Shown one piece after another: positions 25,765-35,966 of a stretch of 64,000 nucleotides of DNA; the first letter of the stretch is position 1; each line of letters opens with the position of its first letter. The stretch lies in IMG/VR virus record IMGVR_UViG_3300027563_000002, positions 1-64,000 of that record; one strand, written 5' to 3'. A program made the position numbers and the translations under genes. This DNA is from a virus (Duplodnaviria; Caudoviricetes). Under the pieces are notes generated by a model. That model was not told where the DNA came from. It ran no database searches and saw nothing but the letters and a program-made list of their open reading frames with translations.

Positions 25765-26432
25765 TTGTGCCAGGGTACCAATTGACCAAACCATACATGG
25801 TCAATTACCAAATTAGACTGTGTGCCAGCGTATCTTGCAAACACATCCACACACCAGGATTCGCCAGGTGTGATTGATCTGGTTTTTGCACTGTTGTATT
25901 CATACCAATACATGCCATGTGTGGCTTGACCATCTGCAAATTTAAACAAAAACAACTGACCCGGATCAGCCCCGCACAATGTGGCAAATTGATCAAATGT
26001 TGTCACTGGTTCTAGATCACTGTAGAGATGAGCACGTGACTCACAGGTACTAACAAATGCAGGCACTGTTTGAATTTCGGGTATGCACTCTAGGCAACGC
26101 AATCTAGAGTCTCCAGTACCTGCTATGTATGTGCCGTTGCCCTGATCCAACATCAGCCAGGGTTTGATAATCCCTTGTTTTCTTATGTCTGCTATCCACA
26201 TGTTGAGCTTGACCAAATTGGCGATGTCATAGTGGTTACGTTGATCGGCCACAAACAAATTGATGCCGTCGTGCAACAGCCAATTGTTGGCCCAATCGCA
26301 AAGATCTTGTAGTCGTTGATTTGTGTCAACATTGTCAAATGAACACTTGGGGTTGTAAAACAAATATTGGCCTTTGATGGGATCTTGATCACTGGGCCAC
26401 GAAAATTCAAGAATAGGATTATTCCAGTACAT
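25752..26432 (-). CDS. hypothetical protein
   Basis: long ORF after a TAAGTA motif. Confidence 0.6.
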   Translation of the reverse strand: MYWNNPILEFSWPSDQDPIKGQYLFYNPKCSFDNVDTNQRLQDLCDWANNWLLHDGINLFVADQRNHYDIANLVKLNMWIADIRKQGIIKPWLMLDQGNGTYIAGTGDSRLRCLECIPEIQTVPAFVSTCESRAHLYSDLEPVTTFDQFATLCGADPGQLFLFKFADGQATHGMYWYEYNSAKTRSITPGESWCVDVFARYAGTQSNLVIDHVWFGQLVPWHNYTE

Positions 26433-26453
26433 GATCTACTTAGTAAATATCAT

Positions 26454-27413
26454 ATGGACTACACAGTATTTTTTCACAAAACTCTGTCAGATTTGGGATT
26501 TGATGTGCATGGGGTATGGAACACATTTGACCCTCCCTACAATCAACACCGGGGATGGCCGATCAAACTGCCTGATATTGAATTCAAACCCAACACACTG
26601 TTGGTCATGCATTTTCAAGATTTTATCACAAATCAACATGGTAAAATACTAGAACTTGAACAGGTTGAACAAAAATATCAACAGCATGCTGATCAAGTGG
26701 TGGTCATACACTGGCCGCACAATCTCAAAAACTACTACACAGGCCCAATCAAACTGATTGAATTTAATGTGCATGAATATCAGATTGTAAAAAATTTACA
26801 CACCAGATGGAATGAATGGCAGCACATGCCGCACATGCCCAAGACTCAGGCCTGGCAGTGTTTGAATGGCAGAATGTGCCCACATAGATTTCAAGTGAAA
26901 GAAATTTTACAAAACTGGCCCAATGGCATTTTCAGTTACCACGATGCTGTGCCATTGACTCAATGGGATTACAGCACATATCGGGGCACTGAGAACGAAG
27001 ACAATTTCATACGGTTGCTAGATGTGTATGGCAGTTGTGCAGTGAACATTGTGACAGAAACTCAGTATGATGTTGCACCCGGCATAATCACTGAAAAGAC
27101 TTTTATGGCCATGCTGGCCGAACAGATACCCATTGTGATTGGATACTCAGGCATTGTGCAAGATTGTGTGGAACTGGGCTTTGACATGTTCACAGACATA
27201 GTGAACGTGAGTTACGACCACATGCCCAATGATCAACGAATCCAACTGGCCCTGGAATTGAATCAGGATCTCATACTGGGCAAGATAAATCTTGCACCCT
27301 ATCGTGACCGCTTACGTGCTCAGCGTGAATTCTTGTTGGACGATTATCCCACCATGATGGAACTGCGGTTTTTGCGTGACTGTGAGCAGCTCAGTAGGTT
27401 AGGCTTGAGATAA
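26454..27413 (+). CDS. ET...TEKT family putative glycosyltransferase-like protein
   Basis: NIVTET, ITEKTF, LGFDMF..SYD. Confidence 0.55.
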   Translation: MDYTVFFHKTLSDLGFDVHGVWNTFDPPYNQHRGWPIKLPDIEFKPNTLLVMHFQDFITNQHGKILELEQVEQKYQQHADQVVVIHWPHNLKNYYTGPIKLIEFNVHEYQIVKNLHTRWNEWQHMPHMPKTQAWQCLNGRMCPHRFQVKEILQNWPNGIFSYHDAVPLTQWDYSTYRGTENEDNFIRLLDVYGSCAVNIVTETQYDVAPGIITEKTFMAMLAEQIPIVIGYSGIVQDCVELGFDMFTDIVNVSYDHMPNDQRIQLALELNQDLILGKINLAPYRDRLRAQREFLLDDYPTMMELRFLRDCEQLSRLGLR

Positions 27414-27750
27414 ATTTTTTGATGTCGCCATACAAGGCAGCCATCATGGCTTCGCGACTGCCAAACATCACCATGTGGTTGTGTTTGCGATTGTTCACAA
27501 TGTAGTAGGGTGATGCCATGTGCCGATCCATCACAATCAAGTTCTTGGGTGTCAACAGTTGTTGCGGCAATTCAAATGTATAACTGTTCAGTTCCAGGCA
27601 GTCACTGAACACACGATATCCTTCATAGCTCAATCGCAGGCCGCCATCTTCTCGAATGTTTTGCCACCAGGTGCGCATGGCTTCATCCACAGTGGGAGCA
27701 TCGGGAAAGTGACGTATCAGCTCAGCAGTGAATTGTAACCTATTCAGCAT
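27391..27750 (-). CDS. hypothetical protein
   Basis: operonic ORF. Confidence 0.7.
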   Translation of the reverse strand: MLNRLQFTAELIRHFPDAPTVDEAMRTWWQNIREDGGLRLSYEGYRVFSDCLELNSYTFELPQQLLTPKNLIVMDRHMASPYYIVNNRKHNHMVMFGSREAMMAALYGDIKKFISSLTY

Positions 27751-28036
27751 TGGGATACACTTTATCCCCTTGTGTCAGCAGCACCACTGAAAATTTATCA
27801 GTCTTGAATTGTATGTTGAGTTTGCGAGCTAAATTTTTGGCATGCCCGGGATTGCTGAACGATACCTTTTTGTACTTGGGACCAGGGTATTGTGTGAGTA
27901 GGTTACCAGTTTTAAGATTGATAGGTTTGGAATCAAAGAATACCGCCCACACACCTTCTGAGGCCAGCACTTGCTCAGTCTTGTAAGTTTGTTTGTTGGT
28001 GTGCTCAATCAGCACAGATGGCTTTGGTCTTGACAT
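27740..28036 (-). CDS. hypothetical protein
   Basis: MSRPKP, GPKYKKVSFSNPGHA. Confidence 0.75.
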   Translation of the reverse strand: MSRPKPSVLIEHTNKQTYKTEQVLASEGVWAVFFDSKPINLKTGNLLTQYPGPKYKKVSFSNPGHAKNLARKLNIQFKTDKFSVVLLTQGDKVYPNAE

Positions 28037-28066
28037 ATTAAACTCCACGTTTATTTATGCCAATAA

Positions 28067-28279
28067 CTATGCAGATTTGAAACTACCTCCGGTAATCTGC
28101 ACTTCTACTACTTTTGTGCCTTGTGTGGATTTTTCACGCAGTTGTTCCAAAGTCAACAACAGTTTGGTTATGTCTGCGTGTAAATCCTTGGCATCGCGCA
28201 TGGGCATGGTGTAGTCTCGTTGTCCACGTGCTTCGTGTGCTTTGATTGAGTCAACAAATCGATTTATATGCAAACTCAT
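28067..28279 (-). CDS. hypothetical protein
   Basis: operonic ORF. Confidence 0.65.
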   Translation of the reverse strand: MSLHINRFVDSIKAHEARGQRDYTMPMRDAKDLHADITKLLLTLEQLREKSTQGTKVVEVQITGGSFKSA

Positions 28280-28282
28280 TTT

Positions 28283-28735
28283 TTAGTGAGATAGAGAGTT
28301 GTCACGTGCTGCCTCCTGAGTATGAAATGGTCCTTGATATTGATAACGTTCCAACACAATCAGTTTGGGATTGCGCAGGATCTTCCAGGCACGATGTTGT
28401 TTCACAGCATACCAACCTGCGGCATACCAAGACTTGGATTTGCGTTCTTTTGTGAACAATGGCAATCGCTGTTTGACGTCCCACATGGGATTGTGTGCTC
28501 TACATCCTGTGGCATAACCATGCACTTGATCTGGTGCTGGCCGGGTGGTTTTTTCAGCAGGTGCAAATTCAATATCAACTTTTTTACGCACCATAGGGAT
28601 GGTCTTGAACTTGCCGATCTGGTCCAAGATACGCATGGTGTAACCATCAGGTTCAGCCTCTAGCGCACCAATCTTGCGATTGTCTTTTTTAAGTATCCAA
28701 TACTTTTTATCAATTACTGGTTTGGCTTCTATCAT
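28283..28735 (-). CDS. hypothetical protein
   Basis: operonic ORF with SD. Confidence 0.7.
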   Translation of the reverse strand: MIEAKPVIDKKYWILKKDNRKIGALEAEPDGYTMRILDQIGKFKTIPMVRKKVDIEFAPAEKTTRPAPDQVHGYATGCRAHNPMWDVKQRLPLFTKERKSKSWYAAGWYAVKQHRAWKILRNPKLIVLERYQYQGPFHTQEAARDNSLSH

Positions 28736-29519
28736 CTATTTCTCCTATTTTTTGCATAAGTTTATCAAACATTTTGTAATACCCGCCCGCTCCGGCATGT
28801 ACCCATCCAAAATTTTCATTGGTTTGCCATATAGCAGATCTTTCGGCTAGTGCATGATCAATTTTAACAAAACTGTTTTTCAAGCTAGTTGCATTCTGCG
28901 GGAACTTATCTACTAGATAATCTGTAAAATTTAATGCACGTTCCCATGAATCAAAATAACTGCTGTTTAAAAATGTTGTGTCAACCAATTTGGTCCAACA
29001 AGGTAAAATATAGTCTAAATTATCTGGAATATGTTGCTCACATAATTTACTACATCCTGCAAAAAGAACAAAGGGCACATTAATTTGCTTCTGAATGCTA
29101 GACAAAGATTGATAAAATTCTTTACATAATTGTTCAGCCAATTCGTTTAAGTCGGAATATGAGACAACAATAGATTCTTTATTTGCATCTATTGTTGTTG
29201 TTCTTCTATAGCAAAGATTTCTCAGTGGATCAGTTTGGCAAACTAAAATTACATCACAGTCACTAATACTTTTTTTGCGTTGTTCTATAGATTCAACAGT
29301 ATCATGGTTAGAACTTCCACCAACAGAAAAATTTTGAACCTCTATATCATAATGGGAAAAGAGTTGTTTAAAAGATGGATTGCTCGATAATTTTTCAATA
29401 CCTGGTAAATTAACGCCTGGAACAAACAGAGACAACGGGGTAGTATCATTGGAATTTTGAATTTTTTCATAAGAACCCACAGTCCAGCTATCTCCAAAAA
29501 TAGCCACTGATTTAATCAC
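28710..29519 (-). CDS. AT-rich SGNH-like protein
   Basis: FGDSW, NFSVGGSSN, C-terminal His. Confidence 0.6.
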   Translation of the reverse strand: MIKSVAIFGDSWTVGSYEKIQNSNDTTPLSLFVPGVNLPGIEKLSSNPSFKQLFSHYDIEVQNFSVGGSSNHDTVESIEQRKKSISDCDVILVCQTDPLRNLCYRRTTTIDANKESIVVSYSDLNELAEQLCKEFYQSLSSIQKQINVPFVLFAGCSKLCEQHIPDNLDYILPCWTKLVDTTFLNSSYFDSWERALNFTDYLVDKFPQNATSLKNSFVKIDHALAERSAIWQTNENFGWVHAGAGGYYKMFDKLMQKIGEIDDRSQTSN

Positions 29520-30549
29520 TTAACTTCCCTTTATATGTTTCATTCATCCAACGACCCATTTGTTCAGCATGGTCGCTGAGTTTGGTAAGATCGTACCGGC
29601 CACAGAATCGTAAAAAGTGCGCACCCACCATGCCTACATCCTTATGACTGATCTGCTCACGTATTGCTTCATCTACCACAGCTTTGATCTCATCAGGCTG
29701 TGCTGTGAGATCAATCAGGGTGCGATTGCGTTCATAATCTTCCAGCACCTTGTGCTCTGCTTGCTCATGGTCACTCCAACGTTGCAACATGAGATTGTTC
29801 CAGGCATAGCCGCGGCGATTGCGATCTTCAAATGCTTCTGTGAGTCCCACTTGATTCTTGGTGCCTTTTACCCGCACACCTGGGTAGGCCGAGAACACAT
29901 TGTCACCGGGATCGCCACGCATGCACTTCATGAACAACACCCATTTCTGATAATCCACAGGCGGCACAAAGTTGGCATCTGCTTTGCCAACTTTGATCTT
30001 GCTGTTGCTCTCTATAGTGAATGCCAAGTTTTTGCCTTTTGCGTCCGTAACACCCGTGGTACTGAACAAGTGATCATTGATGCCGTTGTACAATTTTACA
30101 TTAGGTGCAATCAACTGCACAAAGTCTGAGTCACTGCTGACAATCACGTGTTCGTCTTGGGGGTGTAGTGCAATCCAACGTGCAATGATGTCATCTGCTT
30201 CTGCTGTGGCACAGCGGACGACACTACAGTTGGTTCGTGTAGACAAGTATTTAGTCAGCTCATCATAGGTCTCCCAGAACAGCTTGTCCTCTTCTGCTTC
30301 AGACTCGCTCATTTGTCCACGTGCCACAGCACGATTGGCTTTGTAGGGCTTATAGTGATCTTTGCGCCAGCTACGTCCTTCTAGTGCGAATACCACATGA
30401 TCAGCACCCAAATCACGTGCTACTTTGTTGGCACTCATCAAGGTCAAATGTAGGGCAAAACCCAGCTTGGTCCATGTGTCTGCGGCTCGATGCGCCTGGT
30501 GTCGCGCACGAAAAAACATGTTGCTGGTGTCAATCAGTAGATAGCGCAT
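29512..30549 (-). CDS. rnh: T4-like RNase H / 5'-3' exonuclease
   Basis: LLID, EADDII, SSDSDFVQL, GDPGDN, YERNRTLIDL. Confidence 0.9.
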   Translation of the reverse strand: MRYLLIDTSNMFFRARHQAHRAADTWTKLGFALHLTLMSANKVARDLGADHVVFALEGRSWRKDHYKPYKANRAVARGQMSESEAEEDKLFWETYDELTKYLSTRTNCSVVRCATAEADDIIARWIALHPQDEHVIVSSDSDFVQLIAPNVKLYNGINDHLFSTTGVTDAKGKNLAFTIESNSKIKVGKADANFVPPVDYQKWVLFMKCMRGDPGDNVFSAYPGVRVKGTKNQVGLTEAFEDRNRRGYAWNNLMLQRWSDHEQAEHKVLEDYERNRTLIDLTAQPDEIKAVVDEAIREQISHKDVGMVGAHFLRFCGRYDLTKLSDHAEQMGRWMNETYKGKLSD

Positions 30550-31249
30550 TATGTGTTACCAAGTTGTGTTGTTTGATGTATTGTAACACATACTTGGCCC
30601 AAAAGCAATGACCTTTGGCATCAAAGTGATAACCTTTTGTGGGCACATGCCCGTTTTGTTGTAAAATAGTATTGTAAGTACCTTGCCGATTGTAAGGATA
30701 CATGTAACTGGTGCCCCAAATATGTTGATTTTGGACATCACCAAAACTGCTGTGCCCACTGTAAAACAAATGGGGAATGTTCAAACTTTTCAGTTCAGTA
30801 TGCAGGGTCCAAATCTTTTCATGACATTCTTGAGTTTTTGCCGCCCAATCTACATCGACCACAAACTGTTTGTATCGTTGCTGTAGTTCTTGCGGTACCC
30901 AATCTGCCCCAGATGCATTTACCTGATACCATGTGCCTCGGTGCAACCACTCTTCTCGTTCCCAGGTGGTCCATTGAATGACCATGAATGTATTGTTCAA
31001 TTTGTCTGAATTATTGGCAATCCATTCACGTGTGGTTCTCGCAATGCGATCGTTGCTGCTGGCTGACTCTGCATCACAGTACAAGGTACGACCAAGATCT
31101 CTTGCCAAATGTGTACACCAACTGGCTGCTAGATTTGTAGGATGTGGGCGACGATCTATACCGTTCTTCCCGTCGTCCTTAGCAAACACATCTGGCACAA
31201 CTGCTTCGGCAGCCGCGGTGTGACTGCAACCATTGGCGTACAGTATCAT
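30530..31249 (-). CDS. SGNH-like protein
   Basis: NGCSHT, SSNDRI, GYH. Confidence 0.6.
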   Translation of the reverse strand: MILYANGCSHTAAAEAVVPDVFAKDDGKNGIDRRPHPTNLAASWCTHLARDLGRTLYCDAESASSNDRIARTTREWIANNSDKLNNTFMVIQWTTWEREEWLHRGTWYQVNASGADWVPQELQQRYKQFVVDVDWAAKTQECHEKIWTLHTELKSLNIPHLFYSGHSSFGDVQNQHIWGTSYMYPYNRQGTYNTILQQNGHVPTKGYHFDAKGHCFWAKYVLQYIKQHNLVTHNALSTD

Positions 31250-31737
31250 CGTGGGCTGGGTCCGCCTGTGTCATCTGCACCCACTGGCTCCCATGCCCCC
31301 ATTTTCTTTTTTAAGTCTTCGGCCTGGGCCACACGCTGGCGCAATTCACTGCTGCTGAATGAGTGATCGCGACCATTGAAATGTAATTCAATATCTCGTT
31401 TGTGACAAATTTCACGACCTGTGAATTCCCGGCCTTCGTACTCTACACCAAGTATACGCACATCGATGGGCAGTATCAGTAACAGGTCTTCTAGATCTTT
31501 TTCTGTATTGTAAACCCAAACTTCGTCCACATACTTGCAGCCTAACAGTTGCAGTTGTCGTTCCACAATGCTCTGCACTGGTCTGTTCTTGTTGGGCCGA
31601 TCCAGGGTGGGATCGTTTTGCAATGCACAAATCAAATACTCACATTCTTCTTTGGCTTCGCGCAACATACTGATATGCCCGGCGTGTAATAAATCAAATG
31701 TTGAGGCAGTGAAACCAACTCGTCTTCCATCCATCAT
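31246..31737 (-). CDS. cytidylyltransferase (TagD-like)
   Basis: FDLLHAGH, CKYVDEV, SSSELR. Confidence 0.9.
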   Translation of the reverse strand: MMDGRRVGFTASTFDLLHAGHISMLREAKEECEYLICALQNDPTLDRPNKNRPVQSIVERQLQLLGCKYVDEVWVYNTEKDLEDLLLILPIDVRILGVEYEGREFTGREICHKRDIELHFNGRDHSFSSSELRQRVAQAEDLKKKMGAWEPVGADDTGGPSPR

Positions 31738-31747
31738 GATCTTTTCC

Positions 31748-32146
31748 TTAACTTATTTCGCTGCGTCCATTGCCGATGTCTCTAGTGCGAACATACTGTG
31801 CTCCTGAGTTGCGAATGGCCTGTTCCTGTTCCCAGGTTTCCATCACCACGTGTCTGCACACATTCTGGAACCACCGATCCACCAGGTCTGAGTCAGCGTC
31901 TGTGGGTTTCATCATGTAACCGGCCTTGACCAGTCTCGCAATGAATATCTCATTCCAGTCTAGTTCAAATGCACCTTGGTGCAGGTTATTGGGATCTATG
32001 TCCATGGTAAGAATAGCCACATAAGGTTCGTTGTTCTCTGTGGCCAGCTGTTTGGCAGTTTTTTCTGGTGCTCGAGGCACACGAATAACTTTTTCTTTTT
32101 CCTCTTTGGCAGGAGGCTTCTTTTTAAATCTATCAAAAATTCCCAT
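31748..32146 (-). CDS. hypothetical phage protein
   Basis: GAFELDWNE, VDRWF. Confidence 0.7.
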   Translation of the reverse strand: MGIFDRFKKKPPAKEEKEKVIRVPRAPEKTAKQLATENNEPYVAILTMDIDPNNLHQGAFELDWNEIFIARLVKAGYMMKPTDADSDLVDRWFQNVCRHVVMETWEQEQAIRNSGAQYVRTRDIGNGRSEIS

Positions 32147-32154
32147 GAGGTTCC

Positions 32155-33030
32155 TTAGGCCAAGCTGGCATATAAATGCATCTGCAAATTCAATTTGAGT
32201 CCATGCTCAACACAGTAACGCCCTGTGTATTCGTGATTAGCTTGATTGGCTGAAAGATCCAACAAGCCAGGTTCCCAGAAGCTGATGACCTCATCCACTG
32301 TGCTGCGTTCAGCCATGGTAATTGTGCCTTTTTCTGCTCGCAACAGTTTGATCCGTTGTGGGAAACTGTTGTACACATTCATTGGACTGCAATAGATTTC
32401 CTTGTGAGGGTTTTGACGTTTCCATTCGTGTGCCCACTCGGGAATGTTGTTGTATGGACTGACAATATCTGCTGACATAACAAACTTCAAACAGTCTGCT
32501 CGATCCATGATGGTTTTGCTGGGTGCAAGATATTTCACCGCAACACCGTTTTTCTCTATACATTTGGGACTGCATACCAGTGTAACACCTGCAGGTACCT
32601 CAGTTTCTGGAATGCCATTGCTTTCCACCTGCACCGCCTTGAATCTTGGCAATTGACGACTCATAAATGCTGAAATATTTTCCTGCAACAGCGGTTCGCC
32701 GCCGGTCATTACCAGGACCACTCCGGGATAATCATTTGTGTTGGCATTGACCCATGCAGGAGTTGCTCGGCCTTGTTTGTGCCAAAAATCATTAATGGCA
32801 TCATGCATCTTGTGGTCCAGCTGATCAAAGGTCAACCAGTCGCCGTCATCAAAGAATGTGTCACAAAAACTGCAATCCAAATTGCACTTGGCCAAGCGTA
32901 TGAACAGTGCAGGCTGACCTGCATACGGACCTTCGCCTTGCAGGGTAAAGAACATACTGGTCACAAACAAACTGTCTGCAGGTGCGTCCTTAAAATACTT
33001 CTTGCCAATAATTTCGTTAGTACCAAACAT
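32155..33030 (-). CDS. queE: 7-carboxy-7-deazaguanine synthase
   Basis: FFTLQGEG, FIRLAKCNLDCSFCDT, TGGEP, SPK, LQMH. Confidence 0.9.
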   Translation of the reverse strand: MFGTNEIIGKKYFKDAPADSLFVTSMFFTLQGEGPYAGQPALFIRLAKCNLDCSFCDTFFDDGDWLTFDQLDHKMHDAINDFWHKQGRATPAWVNANTNDYPGVVLVMTGGEPLLQENISAFMSRQLPRFKAVQVESNGIPETEVPAGVTLVCSPKCIEKNGVAVKYLAPSKTIMDRADCLKFVMSADIVSPYNNIPEWAHEWKRQNPHKEIYCSPMNVYNSFPQRIKLLRAEKGTITMAERSTVDEVISFWEPGLLDLSANQANHEYTGRYCVEHGLKLNLQMHLYASLA

Positions 33031-33042
33031 GTTGCATTGCCT

Positions 33043-33777
33043 TTATAGTCTTTTTATTCGAGCCATTCCTGAACGACAAGGATCTTTATTTAGATTCAAA
33101 CTTTCTTCATGTATTTTAACACGAGTTTCTGTCTTTGTCACCCAACCTGGTAACACTGCATCCAAATAGGCCAAATGTTCTGCAGGAGTAGGATGATAAT
33201 CTACCCTTCCTTCGGGGTATTGAAATCTTTTGTGTTGATCAGTATTCCAATATTCCTGCCCCAGCACTGTGGTAAAACTGGGCAATATATTATCAAGCGC
33301 ACTCTTGTACACATCAACTGCATCGTGATTTTGATACTGTGTTTGTTCCCAAAGATCCAGTTGTAGTATAGGGCACATGCTGATTGTTTTAAAAGTCACT
33401 GTGGATCTTGCTGACAACACATCATGGACAGCTTTGATAAACGCCAAGTCTCTAATCAAATTGCCTCGTTCACACACCGCATCAGTCACAAATTCTTTGG
33501 TAAAGATAGGTGTGGTCATGATATTGCCCAAGGTCACCCAATGATCTTTTATGTAACGGTCCTCGCGCATGATATTGGTCCAACACACTACTACTGTGTC
33601 GCCAGCACCAAACTGATGCCGTTGATCCGCTTCCATTAATGAGTTAAAAATGAAGTGATTGCCGCCGCCACTCTGCCCCCAGTTTTCAAAATAGTCAAAC
33701 TCCGGTGCAAGACAATCAGCCCAGGTGCTCCAACGATAGTTGGTAAAACTGCACCCAAACGCAAACAGTCTGCTCAT
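33043..33777 (-). CDS. SGNH-like protein
   Basis: FGCSFT, NWGQSGGGN, DYHP. Confidence 0.65.
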   Translation of the reverse strand: MSRLFAFGCSFTNYRWSTWADCLAPEFDYFENWGQSGGGNHFIFNSLMEADQRHQFGAGDTVVVCWTNIMREDRYIKDHWVTLGNIMTTPIFTKEFVTDAVCERGNLIRDLAFIKAVHDVLSARSTVTFKTISMCPILQLDLWEQTQYQNHDAVDVYKSALDNILPSFTTVLGQEYWNTDQHKRFQYPEGRVDYHPTPAEHLAYLDAVLPGWVTKTETRVKIHEESLNLNKDPCRSGMARIKRL

Positions 33778-34553
33778 ATTTTTCTTGCCTTGACCAGCAG
33801 ATGCCAACCAAGATATTCCTTCACAGCTTGACGATGCGCATCTGACATGGCCTCAAACCATGGTTCCAATACATAACGGCCTTTTTTGTATTCTTCTACA
33901 TTGTACATGAAACAATGGTCTTGTCGCAGTCTCTCAATTGTCCACCCATCTTTCATTAGATTTTGAATTTCATCTTTACTGAACGCCTGTGCATATGGGC
34001 AACCTGCCTGAGCTTCAAACTGGTCCAGTCCCTTCTGGATCATGGCATACTTCCAGGAGTTTTTGGCATACACCATGTAACGAAATTCTCCATTGTGCTC
34101 CAGCACTGACTTTACATTGCAAATGATATTATCGATCCCAGGAAAGTGATGTATCACACCATAACTATAAACCAAGTCAAATTTGCCCAGTTTTTGCAAG
34201 GCATCACCATCGGTGACATCAACATTGTGAAATTCGCCAAGCAGCCCCAGTACTTCAAAACGTTGTCGACTCAGCGCAATACTTTGACTGCTGAGATCAA
34301 TACCCACATAGTCAGCACCATGCTTGGCAAATTCTTCTGCGTCTGATCCAATGCCACAGCCAATTTCCAAAACACGTTTGCCAGCCCACAGATGAAAGCC
34401 AGCAAATTCGGCAATATGTGGTTCAACACGATATCTTCTTTGACTTACTTCTTGAAAAAATTCTGGCGTGCCGATGTCACTAGTGCCATGTTTGATGTTG
34501 CATGGTTGGCTGTTCCAGTACTGTTTGATTTTTTCTTCTAGCTTAGAGTGCAT
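33774..34553 (-). CDS. class I SAM-dependent methyltransferase
   Basis: VLEIGCGIG, GIDLS, FDLVYSYGVIHH. Confidence 0.9.
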   Translation of the reverse strand: MHSKLEEKIKQYWNSQPCNIKHGTSDIGTPEFFQEVSQRRYRVEPHIAEFAGFHLWAGKRVLEIGCGIGSDAEEFAKHGADYVGIDLSSQSIALSRQRFEVLGLLGEFHNVDVTDGDALQKLGKFDLVYSYGVIHHFPGIDNIICNVKSVLEHNGEFRYMVYAKNSWKYAMIQKGLDQFEAQAGCPYAQAFSKDEIQNLMKDGWTIERLRQDHCFMYNVEEYKKGRYVLEPWFEAMSDAHRQAVKEYLGWHLLVKARKI

Positions 34554-35418
34554 GTAAAGGTTTCCTATCTCCAGACACTGCATATTTGACTGCATATTGC
34601 ATCATTTGTTTATTGACATCGTTGAGTTTGAGTTTTTCCCAAGGATCTTGTTTGCCGGCAAATACATTTCGGAAAAAGCTCATGTCCTGCCCACGTTGAG
34701 ATTCCAAATAGTCAGCAATCACATCACAATCTTTATGGCGTCGATCAATCTGTGAAAGATGATGAAAGTCCAAGGGATTTTGCGGATTTCCTTCCAGCAT
34801 GGGCCGATTCAAAAATGTTTCGTCGTTGTTGTTGCCAGTCAGATCATGTCGATCATGCAACACTTGAATATCGGTACGTTGCATGATGTCCAGCAGATAT
34901 GCCTGTTGACTCAGCCAAGCATCTGATATCTGATGCGGGCTTAGATAACCCAACAAATCCAACCAAGCTCTGGGCACAATGGGAAAAATACTATAAGGAT
35001 GACGGTGATGGGTGTCAAATGCCAACAGTTTGAATTGACCTTGCCAGGCCATGATCTGATCATCCCAGTCCTGTGTTTGCATCACAGCATCGTCATTCCA
35101 AAAAACCAACCAATGTGCATCACTGGCCAGAGCCAATGCATTCACATACTGATTGAGTCGGATGTAACCCATGGGTTCAAACTTCATGGCAGTGTAGCTG
35201 ACATCTTGTTGGTCCAACCAGGGCTGAACCACATTGACAAAATGTTTCATACCAATATCATCGTCATTGTCAAATCCAAACATCAATTGTACACGACTTG
35301 GATCCTGGGCCAGTGTGACCAAACTCTGAATGCTTTTTTCTAACATTTCTGCTCGCCCACGTGTGGGCAACAGTATAGCAATATCAAATTCTGGATTGTT
35401 CATTGTCTCCTCTTTCAT
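34543..35418 (-). CDS. GT2-like glycosyltransferase
   Basis: ILLPTRGR, FWNDD. Confidence 0.75.
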   Translation of the reverse strand: MKEETMNNPEFDIAILLPTRGRAEMLEKSIQSLVTLAQDPSRVQLMFGFDNDDDIGMKHFVNVVQPWLDQQDVSYTAMKFEPMGYIRLNQYVNALALASDAHWLVFWNDDAVMQTQDWDDQIMAWQGQFKLLAFDTHHRHPYSIFPIVPRAWLDLLGYLSPHQISDAWLSQQAYLLDIMQRTDIQVLHDRHDLTGNNNDETFLNRPMLEGNPQNPLDFHHLSQIDRRHKDCDVIADYLESQRGQDMSFFRNVFAGKQDPWEKLKLNDVNKQMMQYAVKYAVSGDRKPLHAL

Positions 35419-35436
35419 ATAAATAATCCCATTTTA

Positions 35437-35886
35437 TTAAACTTCGTATATAGCTGAGTTAGCACCATGTTCAGCACATTCAACTCTGACACAATAACAA
35501 CGATTATTAGTTTTATCTCGAATCAGTTGGTTAGCAAAGTTAAAAGCATGTTCGGCAAACTTCTCTGCACCCACACCATCAAAGATGCGGATCTCAGCTA
35601 GATCCAATGCTTCTAGTTCTTGAAACTTGGCCAGGTATGGATCTGCCTTGTCTAAAGCCAACTTGTGATCAAAGTGATCTTCTAGCCAGGCTTTGATTTC
35701 TTTAAGACCGCCAAAGTCGACGGCCCAATTTTTATCATCTAGCTGATCACACCCAAATGTGAATGTGAACGCTAGACTGTAACCGTGTAGCAAGTGACAG
35801 TGTGAATGATCTGCGTTGGGTTGACGGAATACAGCACTCAAGCCAATGTTGTGCCCGTAGTGTTTTGTTGAGTAATATTTTGCCAT
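35437..35886 (-). CDS. queD: 6-carboxytetrahydropterin synthase
   Basis: CHLLHGY, VDFG, FDH, AE, VECAE. Confidence 0.9.
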   Translation of the reverse strand: MAKYYSTKHYGHNIGLSAVFRQPNADHSHCHLLHGYSLAFTFTFGCDQLDDKNWAVDFGGLKEIKAWLEDHFDHKLALDKADPYLAKFQELEALDLAEIRIFDGVGAEKFAEHAFNFANQLIRDKTNNRCYCVRVECAEHGANSAIYEV

Positions 35887-35914
35887 TGTAATTTCCCTAT
35901 GTTAGATTATAGCA

Positions 35915-35957
35915 TAGGCAGCAGAGTTTGTATAGCGGGATGAAGCCAAAGGCCGCT
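35915..35957 (-). promoter_or_regulatory. preQ1-class-I-like hairpin upstream of queD (candidate)
   Basis: AGCGG-loop ending CATC-CCGCT followed by ATACAAAC. Confidence 0.3.
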
Positions 35958-35966
35958 TAAAAATAT

